A stretch of DNA of 64,000 bases from the NCBI GenBank assembly GCA_963810615.1, contig CAWEOA010000004.1, positions 8,874-72,873 on the forward strand. Reading direction: 5' to 3'. How positions within the stretch are numbered: position 1 is the stretch's first letter; each line of letters starts with the position of its first letter. Below the pieces are notes generated by a model. The model made no database searches. It saw only the letters and a list, made by a program, of their open reading frames with translations, and had not been told where the DNA came from. Below, in pieces: positions 1-10,093 of the stretch. The position numbers and the translations under genes were made by a program. This DNA is from an uncultured Gammaproteobacteria bacterium. GTDB taxonomy: Bacteria; Pseudomonadota; Gammaproteobacteria; DRLM01.

Positions 1-201
1 GTAATGGAAAGCTTGATCACAAAAGGCCTGCCGATAGGAACCGCATTGGCATTTTGCATGAGTACAGTAGCGGCTAGTTTTCCTGAATTCATATTACTGA
101 AGCAGGTTATGACATGGAGGTTGCTCGCGACTATTTTTGTGCTCCTGCTGACATCCTTTACAGTAGTAGGATGGACTCTAAATGCAATTCAATTCAACTA
201 G
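1..201 (+). CDS. 3' end of a multi-pass membrane permease (DUF318/ArsP-YraQ-like), truncated by the window start
   Basis: Frame is open to position 1. Hydrophobic helices are present (LPIGTALAFCMSTVAASFPEFILL, LLATIFVLLLTSFTVVGW). A 3-nt gap separates it from a CxxC thioredoxin-fold gene, the usual partner of this permease family. Confidence 0.5.
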   Translation, partial: VMESLITKGLPIGTALAFCMSTVAASFPEFILLKQVMTWRLLATIFVLLLTSFTVVGWTLNAIQFN

Positions 202-204
202 GAG

Positions 205-444
205 ATGCAAATGAAAGAAATTAAAGTTTTAGGCAGCGGTTGTGCCAAGTGTATTAAGACGGCAGAATTAATTCAATCGGTTGCCGCCGAATGCAATATT
301 CCCGTCAATGTAGTAAAAGAAACCAGTCCAGAAGCAATAATGAGCTATGGAGTAATGAGTACGCCAGCCGTTGTTGTCGATAATACTTTAATGCACTCAG
401 GTTCTATTCCCGATAGAAAAAAAGTGGAAAGTTGGCTGAAATAA
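205..444 (+). CDS. small thioredoxin-fold redox protein (redox-active disulfide protein 2 type)
   Basis: 79 aa with an N-terminal CxxC (KVLGSGCAKCIKT) and the beta-alpha-beta pattern typical of thioredoxin_3 proteins. Tightly linked to the upstream permease. Confidence 0.8.
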   Translation: MQMKEIKVLGSGCAKCIKTAELIQSVAAECNIPVNVVKETSPEAIMSYGVMSTPAVVVDNTLMHSGSIPDRKKVESWLK

Positions 445-622
445 GCAACAACGCTCACCTAATTCGGGCGTTGAACGCCAGATTTGGCCAAAAGAGAAAG
501 TCCTATGATCATGCGAATCCGACAACACCCGTCAGGTCAGATCTAACTAATCCAAATTGTAGTAGTCGCGACCTGATCTGACAGTTACCGGTTCCGAGGA
601 AGCAGTATTTGTCAGGTCAAGT

Positions 623-880
623 TCAAGCCACCGACTTTTCCTTCCAAATCTGTTTGCCGTCATTCCAAGTGATTATTGGAGTGCGGCCACAACACATTTT
701 GCCTTGATGCGTGCGTTCATTATTGTAGTACGCGACCCAGGTGTCCAGGTCGGTCTGCAGACCTGCCAGATCAGTGTAGACTTTCTTGCGGAATGTCACT
801 TGATAGAATTCCTGCAATATCGTCTTATGGAACCGTTCACAAATACCATTGGTTTGTGGTGAACCGCCCCGGGTTTTGAG
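623..880 (-). pseudogene. 3' fragment of a DDE (rve/integrase-core) transposase
   Basis: The C-terminal ~85 aa read SPQTNGICERFHKTILQEFYQVTFRKKVYTDLAGLQTDLDTWVAYYNNERTHQGKMCCGRTP, a typical transposase C-terminus. The upstream part of the ORF is non-homologous Pro/Ala-rich junk, so the catalytic core is missing. Confidence 0.7.
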
Positions 881-909
881 GAGGCTCCAACTTTTGAAAG
901 AATGGAGCC

Positions 910-1104
910 ATGAACAAGTCGAACAAGTTGTCACCTGAGGTCCGTGAGCGTGCGGTGCGGATGGTACAGGAGCACCGTGGGGAGTACCCGTCGCTGTGGG
1001 CGGCCGTGGAGTCGATCGCTCCAAAGATCGGCTGTGTGCCACAGACACTGCTGGAGTGGGTCCGACGTCACCTATCCTTACGGGTCCTTTTGCTCGGCGG
1101 TTGA
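910..1104 (+). pseudogene. 5' fragment of an IS3-family transposase OrfA (HTH part only)
   Basis: [54 protein letters not shown] matches the IS3-family OrfA N-terminus. It then degenerates and stops, and no OrfB follows. Confidence 0.65.
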
Positions 1105-1473
1105 TTAACGCATCGCCCCACAAGGGTCGCGGATGGATCCCTACTCCTCTCTTCGCCGCCCGATAAAACCCACTAAACTTATCGACAACTATGGCTTCCC
1201 GGTTACGGCTCCCCTACAAACACGGACCGAACCGCAACCGGCATGGCGCCATCCCGAACCGCCAATACGCCTGGGAACTCAAGCACTAGGGCTTTGGACG
1301 GCGCCGGGCAAAATATAAATAGCTAATTTGGGGAATATGGTATATGGTGCCGCTCGGTAGCAGATTTTTTCTAGCGGTTCCGGTAGCTCCTCGCAGTGTA
1401 AACAGCAGCCCCTCCCGTGACATCTCAGCAACAATCTGCACTATTACATTGTTTTTTTATAGAGGTAACTAGA

Positions 1474-1677
1474 ATGGCTACAGGTACAGTTAAGTGGTTC
1501 AATGACAGCAAGGGTTTCGGATTCATTACGCCCGCCGATGGCAGCGCGGATGTATTCGTACATCATAATTCGATTCAGGCTAGCGGCTTCAAATCGCTGG
1601 CTGAAGGGCAACAGGTGACTTATGACACCGAGCGCGGCCCCAAGGGTCTGAACGCGACCAATGTTGTTCCGCAATAA
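1474..1677 (+). CDS. cold-shock protein, CspA family
   Basis: ATG at 1474 is preceded by AGAGG (1461-1465). [31 protein letters not shown] carries the KGFGFI and VFVHH RNP motifs. Followed by an intrinsic terminator. Confidence 0.95.
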   Translation: MATGTVKWFNDSKGFGFITPADGSADVFVHHNSIQASGFKSLAEGQQVTYDTERGPKGLNATNVVPQ

Positions 1678-1710
1678 GTAATCCTAGGTAGGTTTCTTAC
1701 CTGGACAGAA

Positions 1711-1737
1711 GCCCCGCCACACGGCGGGGCTTTTTTT
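1711..1737 (+). terminator. Rho-independent terminator of the csp gene
   Basis: GCCCCGCC-ACAC-GGCGGGGC perfect 8-bp GC stem followed by TTTTTTT. Confidence 0.85.
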
Positions 1738-1846
1738 ATGCCCGAAACCTGGACGGCATGGATTTCATTGAACCTACGGGACGACGACCCAAGGGGGATA
1801 TTACCCCATGGCATCATTTCAAAGAAAAGACCTTGATTACGCCGTC

Positions 1847-1866
1847 ATTCCGGCGAAAGCCGGAAT
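1847..1866. repeat. REP-like hairpin (GTCATTCCGGC-GAAA-GCCGGAATCC type)
   Basis: Perfect 8-bp palindrome ATTCCGGC/GCCGGAAT with a GAAA loop. A related imperfect copy in the opposite orientation lies at 58564-58584. Confidence 0.5.
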
Positions 1867-1988
1867 CCAGCATTAAAAAAGATATGCCGATATCAGGAGC
1901 CCGCCAGGTCCTTGCAGAAAGATAACTCCACCCCTCAAGGGCTGTCGGTTGAGCTGAACCACGCGAAACCGATGAGGGTAAGTGGGTC

Positions 1989-2879
1989 TTATCCTTTTCG
2001 CGAAACAATGCGAGGGTCGGAACCCATGACGCCGGGCGCTTTCACGCTAAACCCCGACGAACTCTCCCACGCCATGATCGCCCGCTTGCGCACCCGCCCC
2101 CAGCGGTAATCGCCCACCACGCCGGTCTCGCGAATCACGCGATGGCATGGAATAAGATAAGCCAGAGGATTCTTCGCCACTGCGCTGCCCACGGCGCGGG
2201 CGGCGGCGGGCTTGCCGAGTGCAGCCGCCAGACGACCGTAACTGACGAGTGTTCCGGGCTCAAGCTGCAGCAAAGCACGCCACACCCGCAACTGAAACAC
2301 CGTACCCTTTACGAATGCCCGCAAGCCTGGCCCCGAGAAGGCGGCACCCGGCCGTATAAATATTCTCTCGGCCAAGCGCGCAGCGGTGACATCGTCCCGA
2401 TGCAACAACGCCAATGGCCAACTATCCTGAAGCGCACGCCATTCCCCCTCACCGTTTTCAGACTCGACAAAAGCAAGCCGGCAAATACCACGCGGACTCT
2501 CCGCCACCAAACAAGCTCCGAACGGACTGTCGGCATAGCCGGCGGTAATCGTCCAGCCCGCGCCGCCGGATTTCAATTCGCCGGGCGATGCCGCCTCGAG
2601 GCTGACACAAAGATCATGCAGGCGACCGGGACCTGACAGCCCCGACCTCAGCGCGGCAGCCATAACGCTCTCCCCCTTGCGCAGCGATTCCTTGGCATGC
2701 GCCAGAGTAAGGCACTGCAGAAAATCCTTGGGGGTGATCCCCGCCCATGCAGAGAACAGGCGGTGAAAGTGGAATGGGCTTAAACCGACGCAATCCGCCA
2801 AACTCGCCAGATCGGGTTGATCGACGTAGCCTTCGTCCAGATAGCGGATGACGAGAGCGATGCGCTGATAATCGTTCAT
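1989..2879 (-). CDS. AraC-type HTH fused to O6-alkylguanine-DNA alkyltransferase (Ada/Ogt-like regulator and repair protein)
   Basis: N-terminal AraC HTH (LASLADCVGLSPFHFHRLFSAWAGITPKDF). C-terminal methyltransferase domain with active site PCHRV (LIPCHRVIRETG). Start taken at MNDYQRI (2879); the 2915 start in the ORF track is an alternative. Confidence 0.85.
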   Translation of the reverse strand: MNDYQRIALVIRYLDEGYVDQPDLASLADCVGLSPFHFHRLFSAWAGITPKDFLQCLTLAHAKESLRKGESVMAAALRSGLSGPGRLHDLCVSLEAASPGELKSGGAGWTITAGYADSPFGACLVAESPRGICRLAFVESENGEGEWRALQDSWPLALLHRDDVTAARLAERIFIRPGAAFSGPGLRAFVKGTVFQLRVWRALLQLEPGTLVSYGRLAAALGKPAAARAVGSAVAKNPLAYLIPCHRVIRETGVVGDYRWGRVRKRAIMAWESSSGFSVKAPGVMGSDPRIVSRKG

Positions 2880-3044
2880 GGCAACATTCTGCCATGGAGA
2901 GAAGCCGGCTCCCACCCGATTCTTGCGCCTTCAGCGCCCGAAGCCTGCCGTCGAAACTGACAATACCGTTTTTTGCCTGGAAACTATCTCAATATTGGTA
3001 TGTTGCTAAAAATCAATCTGGGGCCATTTTCGCACATAGCATCT

Positions 3045-3165
3045 ACACCCCCTCTCCCTCCGGGAGAGGGCGGGGGTGAGGGGATAAATGCATTGTAATC
3101 ATGATTAGCCCCCTCATCCTGTCGGCTACGCCCCCCTCACTTCGATCTCCCCGGGGGGAGAAGGG
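3045..3165. repeat. GC-rich REP-like composite palindrome
   Basis: CCCTCTCC-N6-GGAGAGGG hairpin (3049-3070), then GGGGGTGAGGGG, which is complementary to CCCCCCTCAC at ~3131-3140, and CCCCGGGGGG at ~3150. Intergenic, with no credible ORF. Confidence 0.5.
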
Positions 3166-3371
3166 ACTAAAATCATTTGTTTCACCAAACCACACAGCTA
3201 AATATTTCGTGACGCGCATAAATCCGATTTTGAGATAGATTCTAGTGAAGACATACCCCGGCGCAAGTTATAAGCCATCAAATAGTTGTAACGATCGCCG
3301 TATTTGCGGCAATATTACAAGTCTTGCCCATACTTCCGATCAATCCTAATGCAAAATCGAAGTGAATCGCG

Positions 3372-3956
3372 ATGAAACCTAACTACGCAACTGCCATCTT
3401 GTGCATCCTCACCTTGGCGGGGTGCGCGGCTGGCAATCGTTACCAGTTGTCCAAAGACGACGAAGGCCGTCTCGTACGTCTCGACACGCGAACCGGTGAG
3501 GTCATGCTGATCGAAGGCGACCAACTGACCCCGGTAAAAGGAGCGGCGGCGACTGCGACCCACAGCGACCCTCAGGACGAACAAATCCCACAAGTCATGC
3601 TGCCCGATGGCGGCAAATCGTGGCCGACGCTCAGCTTGCCGGAACTGGGCAACACCAACGCGGAGCTCACCAGCTACTGGTACAATGGCAAGCTGCACTA
3701 CGTCCTCGAACTGCATCCCATGTCGAAAAGACTAAACCTCGTGTACAGCGGATATTACAGCAATCCCTCTTTCTCCCTGACGGTAAGCAACACGGCCGGC
3801 AAGCATGTGGCATGGACCGCCCTGCCGGCGACTCGCCTCAAACACACGATCAACAAGACGCGCAACGAAGAGCAACTGTCCGCTGAGGGTGTAATACTGA
3901 TGTCCAAAAAGGATTATGACAGCCTAGCCACGTGGAAGTTGCGATGGAATCCGTGA
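3372..3956 (+). CDS. hypothetical lipoprotein
   Basis: Signal peptide with lipobox MKPNYATAILCILTLAGC. Codon usage matches the neighbours. No recognisable domain. Confidence 0.7.
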   Translation: MKPNYATAILCILTLAGCAAGNRYQLSKDDEGRLVRLDTRTGEVMLIEGDQLTPVKGAAATATHSDPQDEQIPQVMLPDGGKSWPTLSLPELGNTNAELTSYWYNGKLHYVLELHPMSKRLNLVYSGYYSNPSFSLTVSNTAGKHVAWTALPATRLKHTINKTRNEEQLSAEGVILMSKKDYDSLATWKLRWNP

Positions 3957-4022
3957 CGGAAGATCAACGTAGCGGGGGAAGATTCACAGACTGAGCTTCG
4001 GCGACGCCTCCAAACCGACACA

Positions 4023-4460
4023 TTACTTGCCAATATCCTCATTCCATAGCCCCGGATGAGCCTTAATAAAGGCCTCCATGAGTTGCCGACACTCGGGGTC
4101 ATCCACCAGCCTTACCTCAACCCCGCGAGATCGCACGTAGTCCTCCGGCCCGCGGAATGTGCGATTCTCACCCACGACGATCTTTGGTATCCCGTACAAC
4201 AGCGCGGCGCCGCTACACATGTCGCAGGGGGACAGCGTCGAATACAAAGTCGCGCGACTATACTCCGAGGCCTTGAGCCGACCGGCATTCTCCAGGCAAT
4301 CCATCTCCGCGTGCAGAACCGCGCTCCCCTTTTGCACGCGCTTATTGTGTCCCCGGCCGACGATGCGACCGTCGATCACCAACACGGAGCCGATGGGGAT
4401 CCCACCTTGCGCTAAACCTTTCCTCGCTTCATCAATTGCGGCTCGCAAAAATTCGTCCAT
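4023..4460 (-). CDS. CMP/dCMP-type zinc deaminase (FCY1-like cytosine/nucleoside deaminase)
   Basis: HAEMDCLE and PCDMC zinc-binding motifs; 145 aa; GIPKIVVGENRTFRG resembles yeast-type cytosine deaminases. Confidence 0.8.
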   Translation of the reverse strand: MDEFLRAAIDEARKGLAQGGIPIGSVLVIDGRIVGRGHNKRVQKGSAVLHAEMDCLENAGRLKASEYSRATLYSTLSPCDMCSGAALLYGIPKIVVGENRTFRGPEDYVRSRGVEVRLVDDPECRQLMEAFIKAHPGLWNEDIGK

Positions 4461-4673
4461 GACACCTTCCTACCCAATATCAGTACGCGACGTCTCTCCA
4501 CCGGCAAGAGTAACACCGCTTCCGGCAAACTCAAACGGATCAGTCCGTGATCCAAGGCATCGATCATCGGCTGGTATAGAGACTATGAATCTTCGTTTTA
4601 TCATTTCGGACTCCTCGTTAGTTTGAGGTGTCCGTTCTAGCGGGGGAAGTTCAGCGTCGGCTTGATGGGTTTA

Positions 4674-5202
4674 TTAGCAGTCCTCTCTCGTATAGAAAAG
4701 CTCGGTTTGCTGTTGCGGTTTGTACTTGTCATGGTAACGGATTATCTCCTCGGCCAATCCCAGTGTGTCTGGAGTTGTTTCGGACCGTTCGATTAGACGA
4801 ATAGTCTCTTTTTCTTTTTTTATATAATCTTCGACATCCTCAGATACTTCGCATTCGCTCTCATCGGCCCAAAGACTATGGCACATGCGCTTCACATACA
4901 CCAGGCAGTCAACAGACGTTATCAATTTCCTCCAGCACCCTCAGCAGACACACACCGTCAATAACATAGCCGTCGAGGTAGGATATCTTTTGTTTTATCT
5001 CGTCGTACTCAGATAAGCTAAAAATCCGCCCCGTTTCTTGACAAGAAAATCTATCCAAATTCAGGTGGAAAATCCCCAATGCACTCGCCAACGCAGCAGA
5101 AAACGTAGATTTTCCGGCACCATTTGTTCCATCTACCCCAATACGGCAACAACCTTTTTCACGAATATAGGCTGCCAATTTACTTACATCATCCGTTTCC
5201 AT
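4674..5202 (-). pseudogene. P-loop kinase-like gene split by a 1-nt frameshift
   Basis: 4909-5202 encodes the Walker A motif GVDGTNGAGKST. The continuation of the fold (DCLVYVKRM...) sits in another frame in 4674-4925. Removing one T within the 4909-4925 overlap joins them. Lies in an AT-rich islet. Confidence 0.55.
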
Positions 5203-5454
5203 CTTCTTTTGACTGCTAACTAAAATTAGTCCCCCTAAAGGGGCATTGTTTTACACCTGCAAGGCGCCTAATCCCATATCGCATATATAAATCCCTTTAT
5301 TATCAATTAGCCGCCCGGATTTAGGTCCCCTAATGAGTTTATCTAAACCCACTTCGCAATTTCGTATATCTGTTTCAATCGCGCCGCATTCTCGAAGCGG
5401 CGGCAACAGCCATAAAAGGAGGCAGATGATATTGTTATGAGACACTCCAAGCCA

Positions 5455-6654
5455 TCACCGCACCGCCACCCTCACCCCATCCTTCACCTGATCATCGGGA
5501 TGGACGATCACTCGATCTCCCGCTTTGATCCCGGACAGTATCTGCGCACTCAGGCCGTTGCGCTGCCCGACCTGCACGTCGCGCTTCACTGCCTTGCCGT
5601 CTTGCACCACGAACAATGCCCACTTCTCGCCGTCGCGGAACAGGGTGCTGGCCGGTACTTGTAAAACATCGTCGCCTTCCCAGAGGATGAAACTGGCCTC
5701 GACGCGGTAGCCGTCACCCAGGGTTTGCCACTGCGCGGCGGGCGAGGTGAAGTCGACGATGACCCATACCCGCTGTTCCTCCACGCCCAGCGCGGAGACC
5801 TTGGTGAAGCCCACCGGTTCGACGACGCGCACCTTGCCCTCCAGTTTGCCGTCACCGCCCCAGCGTTCGAATTCCACTTTGGTGCCGGGGTGGAGTCGCA
5901 CGGCGTCGGCGGAGAGTACGTCGACCTCCACTTCCAGTGCATGGGGGTCGCCGACCTCCATGAGCGCCTGTCCCGCCGCCACCACGCCTTCGCTCTTGCG
6001 CGGGATCTTGAGTACGCGACCCGTCACCGGCGCACGCACCATGATGGGTTCCTTGCCGGCAGCGGGTTGGGCGGCGAAACGCAACGCGGTCTGCGCCGCC
6101 TCCATGTCGTAGCGGGCGGTGTCCACGGCGAATTGCGCGGAGCGCAGTTGCGCCCGGCTGCGTTCCGCTTCGGCGACGGCGCGGTCCACCGCGTCCTGGC
6201 CGATGTGGCCGTCGGCGTGCAGTTTGCGGAGTCGCTGCAATTCCTTTTGCGCCAGGTCGGCGCCGGCCTTAGCGGCCTCCACGTTTTGTTGCGCGACCTT
6301 GACCGCGGCCTTGGCAGCAGCGACCCGCGCTTCAGCGGCGGCTTGCTGGCGCGGGCTCAGCACTTCTGCGGGCATGGGTTCGAGTCGCACCACGGGCGCG
6401 CCCTGCTCAACACTGTCGCCCACTTCGAAATCGATACGCTGGGCGTAGGCGGCCACCGGCGCGGAGATCACATAACGGTCGACCACACGGGTCTTGCCCT
6501 CCTGTTCGATGGTGACGCGCAACGGACCGCGGTTCGCCGCGCCCAGGTCCACCGCCACCGGTTGGGGACGAAAGCCGTAGAACAGTCCCACGGCGATCAG
6601 GATTGCGAGCACCGCGAGAAAGATTCGTCTACGTAACAACACATGATTTTTCAT
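5455..6654 (-). CDS. HlyD/MacA-family periplasmic adaptor subunit
   Basis: N-terminal TM segment, long Ala/Gln-rich coiled-coil hairpin (AAAEARVAAAKAAVKVAQQNVEAAKA...) and C-terminal beta-barrel. Last gene of an ABC efflux operon. Confidence 0.85.
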   Translation of the reverse strand: MKNHVLLRRRIFLAVLAILIAVGLFYGFRPQPVAVDLGAANRGPLRVTIEQEGKTRVVDRYVISAPVAAYAQRIDFEVGDSVEQGAPVVRLEPMPAEVLSPRQQAAAEARVAAAKAAVKVAQQNVEAAKAGADLAQKELQRLRKLHADGHIGQDAVDRAVAEAERSRAQLRSAQFAVDTARYDMEAAQTALRFAAQPAAGKEPIMVRAPVTGRVLKIPRKSEGVVAAGQALMEVGDPHALEVEVDVLSADAVRLHPGTKVEFERWGGDGKLEGKVRVVEPVGFTKVSALGVEEQRVWVIVDFTSPAAQWQTLGDGYRVEASFILWEGDDVLQVPASTLFRDGEKWALFVVQDGKAVKRDVQVGQRNGLSAQILSGIKAGDRVIVHPDDQVKDGVRVAVR

Positions 6655-6658
6655 GACT

Positions 6659-9025
6659 TCACTCCGCGGTCTTCAGTACGGAAATCAAATCGAGTTTATC
6701 CAGGCGGCGGCGTACGATCAGCCCCGACAGCGCAGCGGATATCAGCACCACCGTCACGGCGAAGGCGTAGGTCGCGGGGACCAATATTACCGGTACTCGA
6801 TAAAGATCGTTCTGCATGTTGTGGGCGATGAAATAGCACATTTCGATTCCCAGCCACAGCCCCAGCGGAATGGCAAAGAGAGTCAGGATACCCAACTCGC
6901 CGAGGAGAATGTAGGAGATCTCGCCGCGGGTGAATCCCAGCACCCGCAGGCTGGCCAGTTCGCGGCCGCGCTCGGTAAGAGCGATGCGGGCGCTGTTGTA
7001 CACCACTCCGAAGGAGATAATCACGGCAAACACCGTGGCGACATAGGTGAAAAACAGCATTGTCTCCTCCATGACCTTATTGAAGTTGCGAATCTCCTGG
7101 ACGCGTTCCGCGACGCCGGCAACCCGCGGCATGCCCTTGAGTGCGGTAAACAGTTCCTGGAGGTGCGCACTGTCCACGCTGAGATAGGCGCCGGAGATGG
7201 CTGATCCTTCGCGCATGAAGCGATTTAAGGCATGGATATCCATGTAACCAGACACGCCCATGTACTCCTTCACCACACCCACCACGGTGGTCTCGCGTGT
7301 CGGACGGTCCCCTTCCAGGACCTCTACCGTCAAACGATCGCCCGGATGCACATCCAAACGTTTGGCCAGATAGTCGGTGAGCAGGATACCGTCGTGCGGC
7401 AGCGCGACGCGCTGCAGATCCACATCCAGCAGGCGCTGGATATCGCCTCCCGGTTCCATGCCGCGGATGCCGGTGCGATAGCTGCGCCGGCCGTGGCGCA
7501 GGCGTACCGCCACCTCGCGGAACACCTCCACGTGTTGCACGCCGGGCAAACTCCGCAGATCGAAGCGCGCCTTATACGACGTCGGTTCGGTGAAGGTGAC
7601 GGAGAGATCCTGGCGCTGCGCCATGCCGTACTGGACGTGCACCATGTAGCCGACGGTATCGCGCTGAAACAGACCGGTGAGAATGATGCCGCAGGCCAGG
7701 GCGATGCCCAGCATGGTGAACATGGACTTCACCGCACGACGTTGAATGTGGCGCAGGATCATGCGCGCGGGTTGTGACAACCAGCGCTTGAGCCCTATCT
7801 TCTCCACCCAGCTCGCATGATAGCGGGCGGGCGGTTCGGGGCGCATGGCCTGCGCCGGTTTGAGCTTGGCGGCGCGCCACACGGCAAACAGCGTCCCCGC
7901 CCCGGCGGCCAGCAGGCTCGCCGCGGCCGCCTCCACCACCGTCAAGGGTTGCAGGCTGAACTTCAAATAAGGGAAGCGATAGAACTCGGCGTAGATCGCG
8001 GACAGCTCCTTGCCCAACCACACACCCAGGGCGGTACCGGAAACGATGCCGGCGCCGATGATGGCCGACACCAGTTTGAGATAATGTCCCAGCACCGCGA
8101 GGTTGCTGTAGCCGAAGGCCTTGAGCGTCGCGATCTGCTCGCGCTGCATGGCCACCATGCGCCCGATCACGACGTTGAGCAGGAAGGCGGCGATGCCCAT
8201 GAACAGCGTCGGAAACAGGCTGGCCAGGGTACCGAGCTGCTCAAGTTCCTGGGACAGGAAACGGTGGGAACGCTGATCCTCGCGCGCATAGGCGCCGAGA
8301 CCGCCGTAAGGATCGAGCAGCGCATCGAGGCGATCGATGACCTCTTGCGCATCGGCCCCGGGCCGCAGACTCAGCGCCGCATCGTTGAAAGCGCCTTCCA
8401 GGTCATAGGCCTGACCCAGGGCGCGGCGCCCCATCCACATCACCCCGAAACGCTTGTAATCGGGGAACACCGAACCGGGACGCAGTTGCTGCACGAACTC
8501 CGGCGACAAGGCGGTACCCACCAGGGTCAGCAACTGGCGGCGGCCGTTGAGGATGGCGGCGAAGCGGTCGCCGAGCTTCAGCTTATGGGCCTCGGCGAAG
8601 GGCGTGCTCACCACCACCTCATCCGCGCTGTAAGGCGCGGGCAAGTGCCCCTCGCGCAGATACAAGGCATTCAAACCCTGATGGCCGCTGTCGGGCAAAG
8701 ACACCATCAGCGCCGTCACCGGCTCGTTGAAATGCGGCATGTCGAGACGCACCAGCGAAACCACCCGCGTCTCCACCTGATCCACGCCGGGAATGTCGAG
8801 CATGCGCTGCCGCAACGTCTCCGGCGCCCGTTTCAAGGACACGAACACGTCGGCGAAGCGGTATTCGCGGTAATAGGTCTGTTGCGAGGTGATCAGGGCA
8901 TTCAAGGTGGTGAGAAACATGATGTAAGTGCCGACGCCGCACATCACCACCAAGGCGATGGCCAGGGCCTGGCCCTTCATCTGCCAGAGATCGCGCCACA
9001 TCTTGCGGTCCAGGGCCTTCACCAA
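6659..9025 (-). CDS. ABC transporter permease with two FtsX-type domains (MacB/YbbP-like)
   Basis: 788 aa. N-terminus is [26 protein letters not shown]. Two TM clusters are separated by large periplasmic domains. Overlaps the ATPase gene by 7 nt. Confidence 0.85.
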   Translation of the reverse strand: MVKALDRKMWRDLWQMKGQALAIALVVMCGVGTYIMFLTTLNALITSQQTYYREYRFADVFVSLKRAPETLRQRMLDIPGVDQVETRVVSLVRLDMPHFNEPVTALMVSLPDSGHQGLNALYLREGHLPAPYSADEVVVSTPFAEAHKLKLGDRFAAILNGRRQLLTLVGTALSPEFVQQLRPGSVFPDYKRFGVMWMGRRALGQAYDLEGAFNDAALSLRPGADAQEVIDRLDALLDPYGGLGAYAREDQRSHRFLSQELEQLGTLASLFPTLFMGIAAFLLNVVIGRMVAMQREQIATLKAFGYSNLAVLGHYLKLVSAIIGAGIVSGTALGVWLGKELSAIYAEFYRFPYLKFSLQPLTVVEAAAASLLAAGAGTLFAVWRAAKLKPAQAMRPEPPARYHASWVEKIGLKRWLSQPARMILRHIQRRAVKSMFTMLGIALACGIILTGLFQRDTVGYMVHVQYGMAQRQDLSVTFTEPTSYKARFDLRSLPGVQHVEVFREVAVRLRHGRRSYRTGIRGMEPGGDIQRLLDVDLQRVALPHDGILLTDYLAKRLDVHPGDRLTVEVLEGDRPTRETTVVGVVKEYMGVSGYMDIHALNRFMREGSAISGAYLSVDSAHLQELFTALKGMPRVAGVAERVQEIRNFNKVMEETMLFFTYVATVFAVIISFGVVYNSARIALTERGRELASLRVLGFTRGEISYILLGELGILTLFAIPLGLWLGIEMCYFIAHNMQNDLYRVPVILVPATYAFAVTVVLISAALSGLIVRRRLDKLDLISVLKTAE

Positions 9026-9753
9026 CGCAACTCCGCCGCAGGCTTTTTTTCGGTGTTACGCTCGATGCGCGCCACCTGGCCGTCGCTGATGTACACCACG
9101 CGATCGGCCATGGCGGCGATCACCGCATTGTGGGTAATGACCGCGGTGGTGGTGCCCAGTTCACGGTTGACGCGCGCGATCACGTCCAGCACCAGGATGC
9201 CGGTCTGGGCGTCCAGGGCGCCGGTGGGTTCGTCGCACAACAATACCTGCGGCCGTTTCGCCACCGCGCGGGCGATAGCCACGCGCTGTTGTTCGCCGCC
9301 GGACATTTGCGTCGGAAAATGATCGAGGCGCTCTCCCAGACCGACCAGAGTCAGCGCCTCCTCCGGCGTCATGGGATTGTTGGCGATCTCCGTGACCAGG
9401 GCGACGTTTTCGCGGGCGGTCAGACTGGGAATGAGATTGTAAAACTGGAATACGAAACCCACATGCTCGCGGCGATAGCGAGTCAAGGCCGCGTCATCGT
9501 AGATGCTGAGGTCATGATCGCCGTAGCGCACCTTACCGCTGGTGGGACTGTCCAGACCGCCGAGTATATTGAGCAGAGTGGACTTGCCGCTGCCCGAAGG
9601 CCCCAGCAACACCACAAACTCGCCGATGTAAAGATCCAAATCCACGCCGCGCAGCGCCTGGACCTGAACGTCGCCCATTTGATAGACCTTGGTCAACCCC
9701 CTTGCTTCGAATACGGAGCGCGGCGACTGCGCGGTTTGCTCTTCCTGGTTCAT
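9019..9753 (-). CDS. ABC transporter ATP-binding protein (MacB/LolD-type)
   Basis: Walker [10 protein letters not shown], signature [14 protein letters not shown], Walker [13 protein letters not shown]. Confidence 0.9.
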   Translation of the reverse strand: MNQEEQTAQSPRSVFEARGLTKVYQMGDVQVQALRGVDLDLYIGEFVVLLGPSGSGKSTLLNILGGLDSPTSGKVRYGDHDLSIYDDAALTRYRREHVGFVFQFYNLIPSLTARENVALVTEIANNPMTPEEALTLVGLGERLDHFPTQMSGGEQQRVAIARAVAKRPQVLLCDEPTGALDAQTGILVLDVIARVNRELGTTTAVITHNAVIAAMADRVVYISDGQVARIERNTEKKPAAELRW

Positions 9754-10093
9754 CGAAACTGGCCCAAGCGATTCTTATGCGCTCAGTTTACTAAAGAGTG
9801 GGCGGGAAAGGTTGACCTATATCATCGCCGCCGGCGATACCATTAGGACAGTAACTGCTTCCCGGCGGAGATTAATGAACAATGGCTGATTGTGTCGATA
9901 ATAATTCGGCGTAAGCGTTGTGGCGGTCGCCGTCATCACGGTCTGTACATAAGCGAAAAATTGTGCAGAAACGAAAGTGACTTTGACGATGGCCCGGGTC
10001 ACGAGCCAACTTCAGCAGCGGATGAAATCGAAAAGCGCTAAACCGTCTTAGCAAGCACGTTTGTCGATGGAGAAGATTTATCGGACAAGCAAG

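Noticed and set aside
1133-1318. 61-aa ORF after the IS3 OrfA fragment
   Set aside because: Pro-rich, with no SD. It lies in IS debris.
5725-9322. Long plus-strand ORFs (5725-6636, 7817-9322, 6653-7204, 7232-7777) antisense to the HlyD and FtsX-permease genes
   Set aside because: They are Arg/Gly/His/Ala-rich low-complexity translations typical of shadow ORFs in GC-rich DNA. The opposite strand carries clear family motifs and operon structure.
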